The notes beneath the pieces are model-generated. The model saw nothing but the letters and a program-made list of their open reading frames with translations. It made no database searches and had not been told where the DNA came from. 21,396 nucleotides of DNA from an uncultured archaeon (GTDB lineage: Archaea; Asgardarchaeota; Lokiarchaeia; Sigyniarchaeales; SOKP01), in contig CAZGJX010000079.1 of the NCBI GenBank assembly GCA_964525635.1, forward strand, positions 1-21,396, read 5' to 3'. The position numbers were made by a program, and so were the translations under genes. This document shows positions 9,789 through 18,238 of the stretch, piece after piece (position 1 is the first letter of the stretch; each line of letters begins with the position of its first letter).

Positions 9789-10573
9789 TTTGATTCTTCC
9801 TCTCTAAATATCCTATCAATATAATCTTCATCAAAACAGGCAGTTTCCTCTCCTTGAAAAATAGTTCTTTTGCAATATTCCTTTAATCCTGCTTTTGCAC
9901 AATATCTTATCATTACTTCTGGAAATGTTGATGTTATAATTGCATCCCCTCTCCAAAGCAGAGTTGCATAATCAGAAACCATCCCAATATCTTCCCTATG
10001 TGTGATTAAGAGGATAGTCATATCCAACTCCTTTACTCTGTTAAAAATGTTAAAGAAATCCTCAATTACTATGAGATCTAAACCAGCTGTAGGTTCATCA
10101 AGAACGATTAATCTAGGACACATTGCGATAGTCGCAGCCAATTCAATTCTTTTTCTCTCACCCCCACTCAAGGTTTCATCAATAAACCTATTCAAATATC
10201 TCTCTGGATCTAAATTGACTGTTTTTAAAGCCTTTATTGCTTGTTGAATAATATTTGATTTATCTTTCATACCTAAAGATAAATATTTTAATACAGTTAA
10301 TCCATCAATTCTTGCTGGTTCTTGCCATGCTAATGTAATTCCTAATTTTGCTCTTTCAGTTATATTTAAATTCGTAATATCCTGCCCATCAAAAAAGATT
10401 TTTCCTTTACTTATTTTGTAAGTAGGCAATCCCATAATTGAATAGGCTAGAGTTGATTTTCCTGAACCATTAGGTCCTATAATTGCGTGTATTGACTTTT
10501 CTCTAACTTTAAAACTAATATTATTCACAATTTCACATTTTAAATCATATGTTGGTATTGTAACTCCTTCCAA
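9785..10573 (-). CDS. sufC: SufC-like ABC ATPase (SmsC type)
   Basis: GPNGSGKST, LSGGERKR, LDEP, ITH; LAWQEPARIDG is typical of SufC. Three C-terminal Cys. True start may lie upstream at about 10597. Confidence 0.9.
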   Translation of the reverse strand: MEGVTIPTYDLKCEIVNNISFKVREKSIHAIIGPNGSGKSTLAYSIMGLPTYKISKGKIFFDGQDITNLNITERAKLGITLAWQEPARIDGLTVLKYLSLGMKDKSNIIQQAIKALKTVNLDPERYLNRFIDETLSGGERKRIELAATIAMCPRLIVLDEPTAGLDLIVIEDFFNIFNRVKELDMTILLITHREDIGMVSDYATLLWRGDAIITSTFPEVMIRYCAKAGLKEYCKRTIFQGEETACFDEDYIDRIFREEESK

Positions 10574-10882
10574 CTCTAATAAAACATCATTTAAAATTAG
10601 TATAACCTCATTATATCTTTAAATCTAATTTCCTATATATACAAATATCAAGGTTTTTTCTATATGGTATTTAATCTTTTTTTAAATAAAAATTAAAGTA
10701 TGTTATTATTTTTTATAACAAAGAAAATACATATTTATTTCTATAGAGAATCCTCAATTTTCTTTCTTATTTTATTTTAATTTTCTAATCAAATGAAAAT
10801 GATATTAAAATGGGAAACCTTCAATAAAATTAAAAAAGATTATTATAATAATTTATTCAATTAAATAGAATTTTGAAAAAAA

Positions 10883-11671
10883 ATGAAAAAGGAATATATC
10901 TGCCCTCCAGGAAAGAAAAGTAAAATTGTTATTGAAGATATAACTATTAAAATTAAAGAAGGGGCTACTTTGTTATTAGGATTTGCGGGTATTGGTCTTT
11001 TAGGTCCAATCGTTGGTAATACATTAATTGAACAGATCGAAGATTTAAAGGAAATTGGATTTATTACATCAGAAATGCTCCCTGCTATTTCTACTTTTTA
11101 CAATGGAGTTTTAAAACATCCATTTCGCCTTTATTATAGTAACAGTTATAATTTAGTTTTAGGAATTTCTGAACTTCCTTTTCAATTACAATCAGCATAT
11201 AGTGATTTAGCAAAAACAATTTGTAATTGGGCTTTATCTGATGATGTAAAAGCAAATGAAATTATATTATTTCAAGGGATCCCTACACGAGGAATGATTG
11301 ATGAATTTCCTGTATTTTATGCTTCTGAAAATTATTTAATTGAGGATTTTGAAAAAAATGGAATTCAAAAAGTTGATAAAGGCATTATTGTTGGACCTGA
11401 AGCAACAATAATAAATGAGGCATTAACAAACAGATTAGAATCATTAATTCTTTTCACACCAGTCTATGAAATACCAACCCCTGAGGGTGCTGCTTCTTTA
11501 ATCAATGTATTAAATAAAAAATTTAACATGAATATTGATACGCAATTATTACTGGAAGAAGGAAAAGAGATTAAAGAAAAAATGTTAGAATTAGCAACAA
11601 AAACACAAGAAGTTCAAAGAAAACACATAGGAGAAGGAGGAAAAGAGGGTTATACGCAATATTATCAATAA
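10883..11671 (+). CDS. PAC2-family proteasome assembly chaperone, paralogue 1
   Basis: GFAGIGLLGPI, HPFRLY, P.PEGAA, IDTQLLLEEG motifs. C-terminal HbYX (YYQ). Confidence 0.88.
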   Translation: MKKEYICPPGKKSKIVIEDITIKIKEGATLLLGFAGIGLLGPIVGNTLIEQIEDLKEIGFITSEMLPAISTFYNGVLKHPFRLYYSNSYNLVLGISELPFQLQSAYSDLAKTICNWALSDDVKANEIILFQGIPTRGMIDEFPVFYASENYLIEDFEKNGIQKVDKGIIVGPEATIINEALTNRLESLILFTPVYEIPTPEGAASLINVLNKKFNMNIDTQLLLEEGKEIKEKMLELATKTQEVQRKHIGEGGKEGYTQYYQ

Positions 11672-11750
11672 AATTTACCAAAATGATATTTAATAAATTG
11701 TTATTCTAAATTAAGTAAATTTTATATTTAAAGAATAAAAGTGAAGTATT

Positions 11751-12545
11751 ATGGTTGTTAAAGAATATATTTGCGAAGCAGGTAAAAAAAGTAAGGTTGT
11801 GATAGAAGATTTTTCTACAGAAATTAAAGAAGGGGCTACTTTTTTATTAGGGTTTGCGGGAATTGGTCTTATTGGACCAATAATAGCAAATACTTTAATT
11901 AGACAAATCCCAGATATAAAAGAGATTGGTTTTATTACAAGTGAATATCTCCCTCCGATATCTGTGTTTTATGATGGAGTTTTAAAACATCCATTTCGAT
12001 TATATTATTCTCCAAAATTTAATATAATTATTGGAATTTGTGAAGTACCTTTTGAGATTTCTTCTGCATATAATGATTTAGCTAGAACAATTAATAATTG
12101 GGCATTAGATGAAGATGTTAAGGCAAAACAAGTTGTAATTTTTCAGGGGATCCCTCAACCAGGGGTAATTGATGATTTTACGGTATATTATGCATCAGAG
12201 GCTGAATTAGTAGATTTCCTCGAACAACATGGAATAAAAAAATTTGATAAAGGAATCATCATTGGTCCAGAGTCTACCATTCTTAATGAAACTTTAACAA
12301 ATAAATTACAAGGATATGCTCTATTTGCACCAGTATACCAGATTCCTACACCAGAGGCAGCAGCATCAATTATAACTTTGTTAAATCAAATTTATAGTTT
12401 AGAAATTGATACGTCAAGGCTGATGGAGGAAGGAAAGGAGATTAAACAAAAAATGTTAGAATTAGCAGAAAAAGCTCAAGAATTTAGTCGAAAACAATTA
12501 GCAGAACAAGGAGTAGAAGGAGGATATACACAATATTATAGATAA
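11751..12545 (+). CDS. PAC2-family proteasome assembly chaperone, paralogue 2
   Basis: GFAGIGLIGPI, HPFRLY, PTPEAAA, IDTSRLMEEG motifs. C-terminal HbYX (YYR). Collinear with paralogue 1. Confidence 0.88.
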   Translation: MVVKEYICEAGKKSKVVIEDFSTEIKEGATFLLGFAGIGLIGPIIANTLIRQIPDIKEIGFITSEYLPPISVFYDGVLKHPFRLYYSPKFNIIIGICEVPFEISSAYNDLARTINNWALDEDVKAKQVVIFQGIPQPGVIDDFTVYYASEAELVDFLEQHGIKKFDKGIIIGPESTILNETLTNKLQGYALFAPVYQIPTPEAAASIITLLNQIYSLEIDTSRLMEEGKEIKQKMLELAEKAQEFSRKQLAEQGVEGGYTQYYR

Positions 12546-12620
12546 AGTTCTGTAATAATTATATTAAATTAAAAAATCAAAATATTCTTATTAAATTTTT
12601 TTTCTAACCATTCTTAATAG

Positions 12621-13283
12621 CTAAATATTTGTCTTTTTGCTTTTGAAAATTAAATAATAAAAGTAATAAATTGAGAAAAAAAACTCAGGGACCCATTTTT
12701 GGACTAAAATAATAAAAATTAATGCTCCAACGATTGCAGATAAAACAAATAAAGATTGATGTATGAAATCAAAAGGAATTCCATTATAATTTAAGAATAA
12801 TAAAAAAACAATTCGAAAAATATTAATAATATAAAGGAAAAGAATTATAAAGATTAAAGACTTTATTTTCCTCAACATAAAATCCTTTTTTCTTGAGGAA
12901 GTCGTTGAAGAGGGAATACATATAATGATACTTATAATAATACTAAATACTTGAGCAGCAATACAATTTGGAGTAATTGCATAATTCCCTTCAGAAGGAT
13001 GATTAGGTATAAATATTGTAGGAAAAATATTGTGCTGAGAGTCAATTATTATATATGAATTCATACTAAATATCGAATTTAGAAAAAAAACTATTTGATT
13101 AGCTGTAAACTCATAGATCCAATAATTAATTCGTAGTTTGAGAGATAAGAAGATTAAAAATGATAATAAAGGAATACCTATAATTAAAACTATCATTTGA
13201 GGAATAGCAAATTCATAAGATTTTCCATCAAACTCTATTATTGGTTTTTTATGATTTTGTATCATATAATATGTATAGATCAT
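12621..13283 (-). CDS. Exosortase/archaeosortase-family intramembrane transpeptidase
   Basis: Multi-TM protein with the catalytic triad in the expected order: ITPNC (Cys), NIFRI (Arg), FIH (His). Confidence 0.8.
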   Translation of the reverse strand: MIYTYYMIQNHKKPIIEFDGKSYEFAIPQMIVLIIGIPLLSFLIFLSLKLRINYWIYEFTANQIVFFLNSIFSMNSYIIIDSQHNIFPTIFIPNHPSEGNYAITPNCIAAQVFSIIISIIICIPSSTTSSRKKDFMLRKIKSLIFIILFLYIINIFRIVFLLFLNYNGIPFDFIHQSLFVLSAIVGALIFIILVQKWVPEFFFSIYYFYYLIFKSKKTNI

Positions 13284-13328
13284 TAATTTCTATATAGAAT
13301 ATGAATAAACATAATGAAAAAAAAATTT

Positions 13329-13961
13329 TTATTTAAGAATTATATTTTTTCCGTTTTTTAGATGATATCTGTACACTATAAACATAGATAATGCAATAAG
13401 TAATGTTACAAATAAAACTGGTTCAAAACCAGGAACTTCAATCCCCTCAGATAATTCTGAGAAGAAATTGGAAATGGACTCTCCTAACTCATCCATTTGT
13501 GCTTTAAATATTGGTCCTATAGCATTAATTATGTATACCGGTATCGCTATTATTATTGCTACAATAGCGAAAAGGACATAAGCACAGGCAGAAGCACCCT
13601 CAAAATCAAATCCAGGATGTTCGATTCCTAACCAAACTATTCCGCCAATAATTAATGTTAAGAAAAATATGCTAAAAAAGATTAATGCGAACTGAGATCC
13701 TGGAATGTCAAATCCATTCATAACTATGGCTGTTATAAATAAATTAACTACTCCGATTATTAAGAAGAAGATTAAAATCCTGAAACCTAATTTTAATCCC
13801 CCCTTTTTTTTTGATGGTTTCACACTCCCTGGAATTGAATACTTATTATGAATATCCTTCGACTTTGAATCTTTGTCTAATGAAGCTCCACATTCTCCAC
13901 AATATTGCGCTCTATTGACTTTTTTACCACATTTACCACAAATTATTTTATCTTCTGACAT
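13329..13961 (-). CDS. Zinc-ribbon membrane protein with C-terminal PGF-CTERM/Loki-CTERM-like sorting signal
   Basis: N-terminal CGKCG-x8-CGECG, three TM helices, then EVPGFE-TM-YRYHLKNGK. Confidence 0.75.
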   Translation of the reverse strand: MSEDKIICGKCGKKVNRAQYCGECGASLDKDSKSKDIHNKYSIPGSVKPSKKKGGLKLGFRILIFFLIIGVVNLFITAIVMNGFDIPGSQFALIFFSIFFLTLIIGGIVWLGIEHPGFDFEGASACAYVLFAIVAIIIAIPVYIINAIGPIFKAQMDELGESISNFFSELSEGIEVPGFEPVLFVTLLIALSMFIVYRYHLKNGKNIILK

Positions 13962-14199
13962 AGATATTGAGATTATAATATTATTTTTCTATTTATATTA
14001 AAATTGTCTTAGGATATATAAAAATTAAAATTAAAATTATTAAGTTAAATGGACATATAAATATTTACTTTAAATTGACTTTTATTTTAAATTAATTTCT
14101 TATATAGATCAATTTAATTCCTTTTATTTCTATTATCAACAATAATAAGCTAGTAATTATTAATAAATACAAAAAAATTTCATGAAAAAGAAATAATTA

Positions 14200-14616
14200 A
14201 TGAAAATATTACAAAGACAAAAGAAATTAGAAAAACTAGTTCAATTAATTACCATTTTAGCTGTATTATCATTAATAGTTAATCTGTTGATAATATTATG
14301 GATAGAAAATTATATCTCATTAATTAATGGCTTCTCTATTGGATTATTCATATCTCTAGCTTTTTTAGAAATAATAAAAATTTCGCTTGTATTTATAACA
14401 ATATTTAATCTCTTGAAAATTAAGGAATTTAATAGATTTTTCAAGTTTTCAATTTTGATATCATTTTTTATTGCTATTATTTTTAGCAGCTATTTTCTGA
14501 TAAGATTTTTTGCAATGGCTTGTTTTTTTCCATTATTAAGTTTTGTAAGTATAACATTCAGTCTTTTTTCATCTTTTTTAATAATTATAAAAACCAAATC
14601 AAAGAAGGCTTCTTAG
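14200..14616 (+). CDS. Hypothetical membrane protein (about 4 TM)
   Basis: 138 aa hydrophobic ORF with a basic tail. Stop overlaps the stop of the convergent gene by 4 bp. Confidence 0.55.
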   Translation: MKILQRQKKLEKLVQLITILAVLSLIVNLLIILWIENYISLINGFSIGLFISLAFLEIIKISLVFITIFNLLKIKEFNRFFKFSILISFFIAIIFSSYFLIRFFAMACFFPLLSFVSITFSLFSSFLIIIKTKSKKAS

Positions 14617-15563
14617 ATAAATAATGCTAGTTCTAAGATTATTATCCAAATTAGTATCCAGAAAATAAAGATAGTAATATAAATAAATAATTCTATTTTT
14701 TTTTTCTTTAATTCATTTTTAATATTGATAACCATGAAAAGTACTATAATACTTATGAACATCAAATGAGCAGGTTGAATTAATCGCCAAATGTTTAAAA
14801 AAATATCAATAAAAGAAATATTATCTCCTATACTTATACTCTGAAACCAATTAAAAATCATAGATAGGAAGTAGTGGGGAAAAATAAGATATGGTATACA
14901 AACTAATAATAGTGGTAAAAAGTAATAAATCACATTTTTTGTCTTGATCTTATTTATTACTATTAATATAAATGGTACAACAAGGATGATTATCTTAAAA
15001 GTAGCAAAAGTAAATAAAATTCCAGAAAGCCATTTTCTATTTCTATTTATTTGAATATAAGATTCAAATAAGAAAAATTGGATTAACCAGTTCGTATTAT
15101 TTAAATACATATCTGCTAAATAACCAAAACCAGAAAATACAAAAAAGAAAAATAAATCTTTTTTATTCTCAGTTATTATTCTAATTTTAAAAGCGATATA
15201 TAATGTGGATATAAACCTCAATAAATCCCAAATATATAAAGAGATATCTAATGGTATTATATAGAAGGGGTAATAAAGATAATACCAAAAATAGAGATAC
15301 ATTGCTGATTTATCTAATGAGGAGCTATTCTCATAGTAATATATAATTCCGTTGTCCATTAATTCATAATTAGTTTTAAAATTCAAATCTCTATTTTTTA
15401 TTAATAAATCAAGGAAAAATATTTCTCCTATATCATCTTGGAAGAAATAGAAAAGGATTCTTAAAACAATTAAAATCAGAGAGATAATGATGATAATAGA
15501 TATATAAATCAAAAAAGAGTGGTTATTCTTTTCCTTAGATAAGTTTATTTTATCCAATTTCAT
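14613..15563 (-). CDS. GT87/DUF2029-like (GT-C fold) membrane glycosyltransferase
   Basis: TM1 then a loop with RD, aromatic YLYFWYYLYYPF, W in the next helix, NNTN, GILFTFATFK. This is the GT87 layout; about 8-10 TM. Confidence 0.6.
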   Translation of the reverse strand: MKLDKINLSKEKNNHSFLIYISIIIIISLILIVLRILFYFFQDDIGEIFFLDLLIKNRDLNFKTNYELMDNGIIYYYENSSSLDKSAMYLYFWYYLYYPFYIIPLDISLYIWDLLRFISTLYIAFKIRIITENKKDLFFFFVFSGFGYLADMYLNNTNWLIQFFLFESYIQINRNRKWLSGILFTFATFKIIILVVPFILIVINKIKTKNVIYYFLPLLLVCIPYLIFPHYFLSMIFNWFQSISIGDNISFIDIFLNIWRLIQPAHLMFISIIVLFMVINIKNELKKKKIELFIYITIFIFWILIWIIILELALFI

Positions 15564-15617
15564 GATTAAAATAAATTGTGTTAAGAGAAATTATAAAATA
15601 TTTTTTATTGTTCAATA

Positions 15618-16061
15618 TTATTTCTTTTTTTTTAATTTATAATACTTTTTTAATTGAGCTTTAAGAATAAAATAAATCAAGAATGTTATAAAAAAATGGA
15701 TACTGATTGGAATGATATAATAAATATCCATAATGATCAATAGTGTTAAATAAAGTCCAATGATGAAAAAAACAACAATAGAGACACTGAATAAAAAAAT
15801 AGTAATTTTCTTTAATATTATTATGTTATTTCTCTTCTTTTCATAATATATATCTATAGAACCTATGAAAATTAGAAGAGATACACTCCAAAATAAAAAA
15901 AATAATATAATTTGCGCATTATTAGGATCGATAAATATTGTGAGAATCCAATATATTGAAAAAAATATAAATATTGAAAATAAAGAATTATATACTTCTT
16001 TTTTCTCTTGAATTATTTGTTTTATTAAATTTAAAAATTTCATTTTTCTTAATTTTAACAA
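15618..16061 (-). CDS. Hypothetical membrane protein (about 4 TM)
   Basis: Four hydrophobic segments and a Lys-rich tail. Probable start is ATG 16043. 54 bp upstream of the GT gene on the same strand. Confidence 0.55.
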   Translation of the reverse strand: MLKLRKMKFLNLIKQIIQEKKEVYNSLFSIFIFFSIYWILTIFIDPNNAQIILFFLFWSVSLLIFIGSIDIYYEKKRNNIIILKKITIFLFSVSIVVFFIIGLYLTLLIIMDIYYIIPISIHFFITFLIYFILKAQLKKYYKLKKKK

Positions 16062-16398
16062 AGCAAGTAGTTATTTATATTTTTTATTTAGAGGTTATTT
16101 TTAATCAATAATATATAAAAATAGAGTTTTTATAATTATAAATATATAAAAATTTTTTAATTAAGATAAAATTTTCAAATAAATAGTTGAATTATTTGAA
16201 ATAAAAATAATAGATATTAATAATATTCAAACAATTTAGATATTTCTTTTACATCATTATATGGAAAAAATTCAAGTATTTCAAAATATATACAATTCCA
16301 ATATTTTTTATATTCAAAAATCTCTCATATAATATTTTCTCCTTTGAATTGACAATGGGTGATATTTTCACACTTTCCAATAATATTTTTGGCTTTCA

Positions 16399-17178
16399 TT
16401 AATAAAAGATATTATTTTCTGGAAAAGCACTTTGTTTATTGATATACAGAAAAGAATTTTCAATATCAGAGACCATTTCTTCTGCTAATTTGATGGGAAT
16501 ACTTGCTATCATGGAATCTTGAGCTAAATGTTTATTTATTGTTGGATCAACGGGACCTATATATACAGAATCAATTGGAGCGTTTTTAGCCATTCCACTA
16601 GGATAAGAAATTAAACTTGCGCAAGCAGTACCAAATGGCATAATTACTTTCTGGAATATATTTCCACCTTGAAAATAAGCTAAAGCACTTAAATTTCGAA
16701 TTTGTTGTGCATTTCCAAGAATAATTATTGTTTTAGCATCAACATTTTCATCTTGTAAGATATCACATGGACTTATGATTAAAAAATCACCTAGTGGAGT
16801 TATTTTCCCTATTTGTAAAAATGCATTCTCAGCAATTTCAGGAGAGCTTACAAAAAATTCACCCCTTCTTCCATTCTTTGTTTTTTTATATGATACAAAA
16901 TTTTTTAGAGATGAATGGATTGGTCGAAAACCTAACCAACTGTGACTACCTGGACATCCTGATAAGGATTGTTTTCCGATATAAATTGAAGGATAATTTT
17001 TATTTGAAGTCATAGCAATTATAATTTCAATTACGCATCTTTTTAATGAACCTGCGGATAGGGAACCTAATGGTACTTTTGAATCTCCAAAAACACATAA
17101 AGGTCGAGATGATAAACGTAATGCTTCTTTTAATTTGCTTCCAACTTTAAAGACAGATATATCATTACTTATTGACAT
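16399..17178 (-). CDS. DUF169-like protein
   Basis: LKEALRL...P, RC, GCPGS..WLG, GNAQQI..L, PFGTAC, GPVDP pattern with spaced Cys residues. Confidence 0.7.
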   Translation of the reverse strand: MSISNDISVFKVGSKLKEALRLSSRPLCVFGDSKVPLGSLSAGSLKRCVIEIIIAMTSNKNYPSIYIGKQSLSGCPGSHSWLGFRPIHSSLKNFVSYKKTKNGRRGEFFVSSPEIAENAFLQIGKITPLGDFLIISPCDILQDENVDAKTIIILGNAQQIRNLSALAYFQGGNIFQKVIMPFGTACASLISYPSGMAKNAPIDSVYIGPVDPTINKHLAQDSMIASIPIKLAEEMVSDIENSFLYINKQSAFPENNIFY

Positions 17179-17469
17179 AATTAAAATTTATTTATAATAG
17201 TTGTAATATATTAAAAGTAAATGTAAGATTAATTTCAATAATATTACATAACGATGATTATAACACAAGAATCGTATAACTTATGCATTATTATAGAAAA
17301 CAGAATATATATTTCTATTTAATTGAATAAAAAAATAAAAAATATTTAGATTATTTAGAATTTATAAAACAAAATTTTTTTTAATTATCTACTTAAATTT
17401 AAAATAATTTAATTTAAGAATCCTCAAAAACCTGATAAAACTTCCTGAATTTAGAAACCTTCATAATTT

Positions 17470-17500
17470 TTCTTTTAAAAATAAAGATGGAATTTTTATA
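17470..17500 (+). repeat. Imperfect direct repeat, copy 1
   Basis: TTCTTTTA-AAAATAAAGATGGAATTTTTATA matches 18141-18172 at 29 of 32 aligned positions. Confidence 0.55.
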
Positions 17501-17574
17501 ATTGAAAATATATAAAAATTGTTTAAATCATAAATGTTGAGAAATTAGTAAATTTTTAGAGATCTCAATAATAA

Positions 17575-17691
17575 TTAATATTCTATTATTTTAATTTCTT
17601 TGATTCTTTCAAAATGATTAACATTTTTAGTTATTATTTTTGTTATACCGTTAGCAAGCATAATTCCTGCTATTAAAATATCATTATCATC
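17575..17691 (-). pseudogene. vapC: VapC/PIN toxin remnant (C-terminal part only)
   Basis: DDNDILIAGIMLANGITKIITKNVNHFERIKEIKIIEY is a typical PIN C-terminus (D..IA, T.N..HF). The N-terminal hhhDT motif is missing. Confidence 0.75.
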
Positions 17692-17917
17692 TAATTTTTG
17701 ACTTATTCCAATTCCTTTCAAGACGGTTTGCAATATCTTCTCAAATGTCTTTCTTCTCTTCCTCCGTGAGTTTCCATGCCCCAAAGGATTTTTCTATAGT
17801 AGTTTTTTGAAAATTAAGTAATCTAATAAAAAATTCAGAAAAGCTTTCATTTTCTCCCTTTATTTTCATCAATTTATTATATACTTCTTCAGTAATACTG
17901 ATATTTTTAGAGGTCAT
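17687..17917 (-). pseudogene. vapB: VapB-family (DUF217-like) antitoxin with probable premature TGA at 17741-17743
   Basis: MTSKNISITEEVYNKL..K..ESFSE...RLL...FGAW. Past the TGA the frame continues EDIANRLERNWNKSKIR to a TGA that overlaps an ATG (ATGA, 17690-17687). Confidence 0.7.
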
Positions 17918-18140
17918 ATAAATACACATAGTATATACATATTTTTTTTTATTGCTTAAAAATTCAATAATAATATTGATTATATAAATATATTGGATAA
18001 GTTTCCTTTTTTCTATATTGATTAGTAAGAGTATGATATTGATTCAATTACATTTAAAAACATAGTTCCAAGAAATCTAATTTCAAATAATAAATAAGTA
18101 TTCTATAAAAAACTTAGTTGTATATAAAAACTTATAACCG

Positions 18141-18172
18141 TTCTTTTAGAGAATAAAGATGGAGTTTTTATA
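18141..18172 (+). repeat. Imperfect direct repeat, copy 2
   Basis: TTCTTTTAGAGAATAAAGATGGAGTTTTTATA; see copy 1. Confidence 0.55.
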
Positions 18173-18238
18173 GATCCTATTTTATATATAACTATAGTAG
18201 GATTTTTTTTTTAAATATTAATGAATAATGAGTAGATA

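Noticed and set aside
9151-10247. 71 aa and 81 aa plus-strand ORFs
   Set aside because: Antisense shadows of smsB and smsC.
16794-17015. 73 aa plus-strand ORF
   Set aside because: Antisense to the DUF169-like gene.
17741-17743. In-frame TGA in the antitoxin as selenocysteine or programmed readthrough
   Set aside because: No redox motif or SECIS seen; a TGG-to-TGA nonsense change beside a deleted toxin is simpler.
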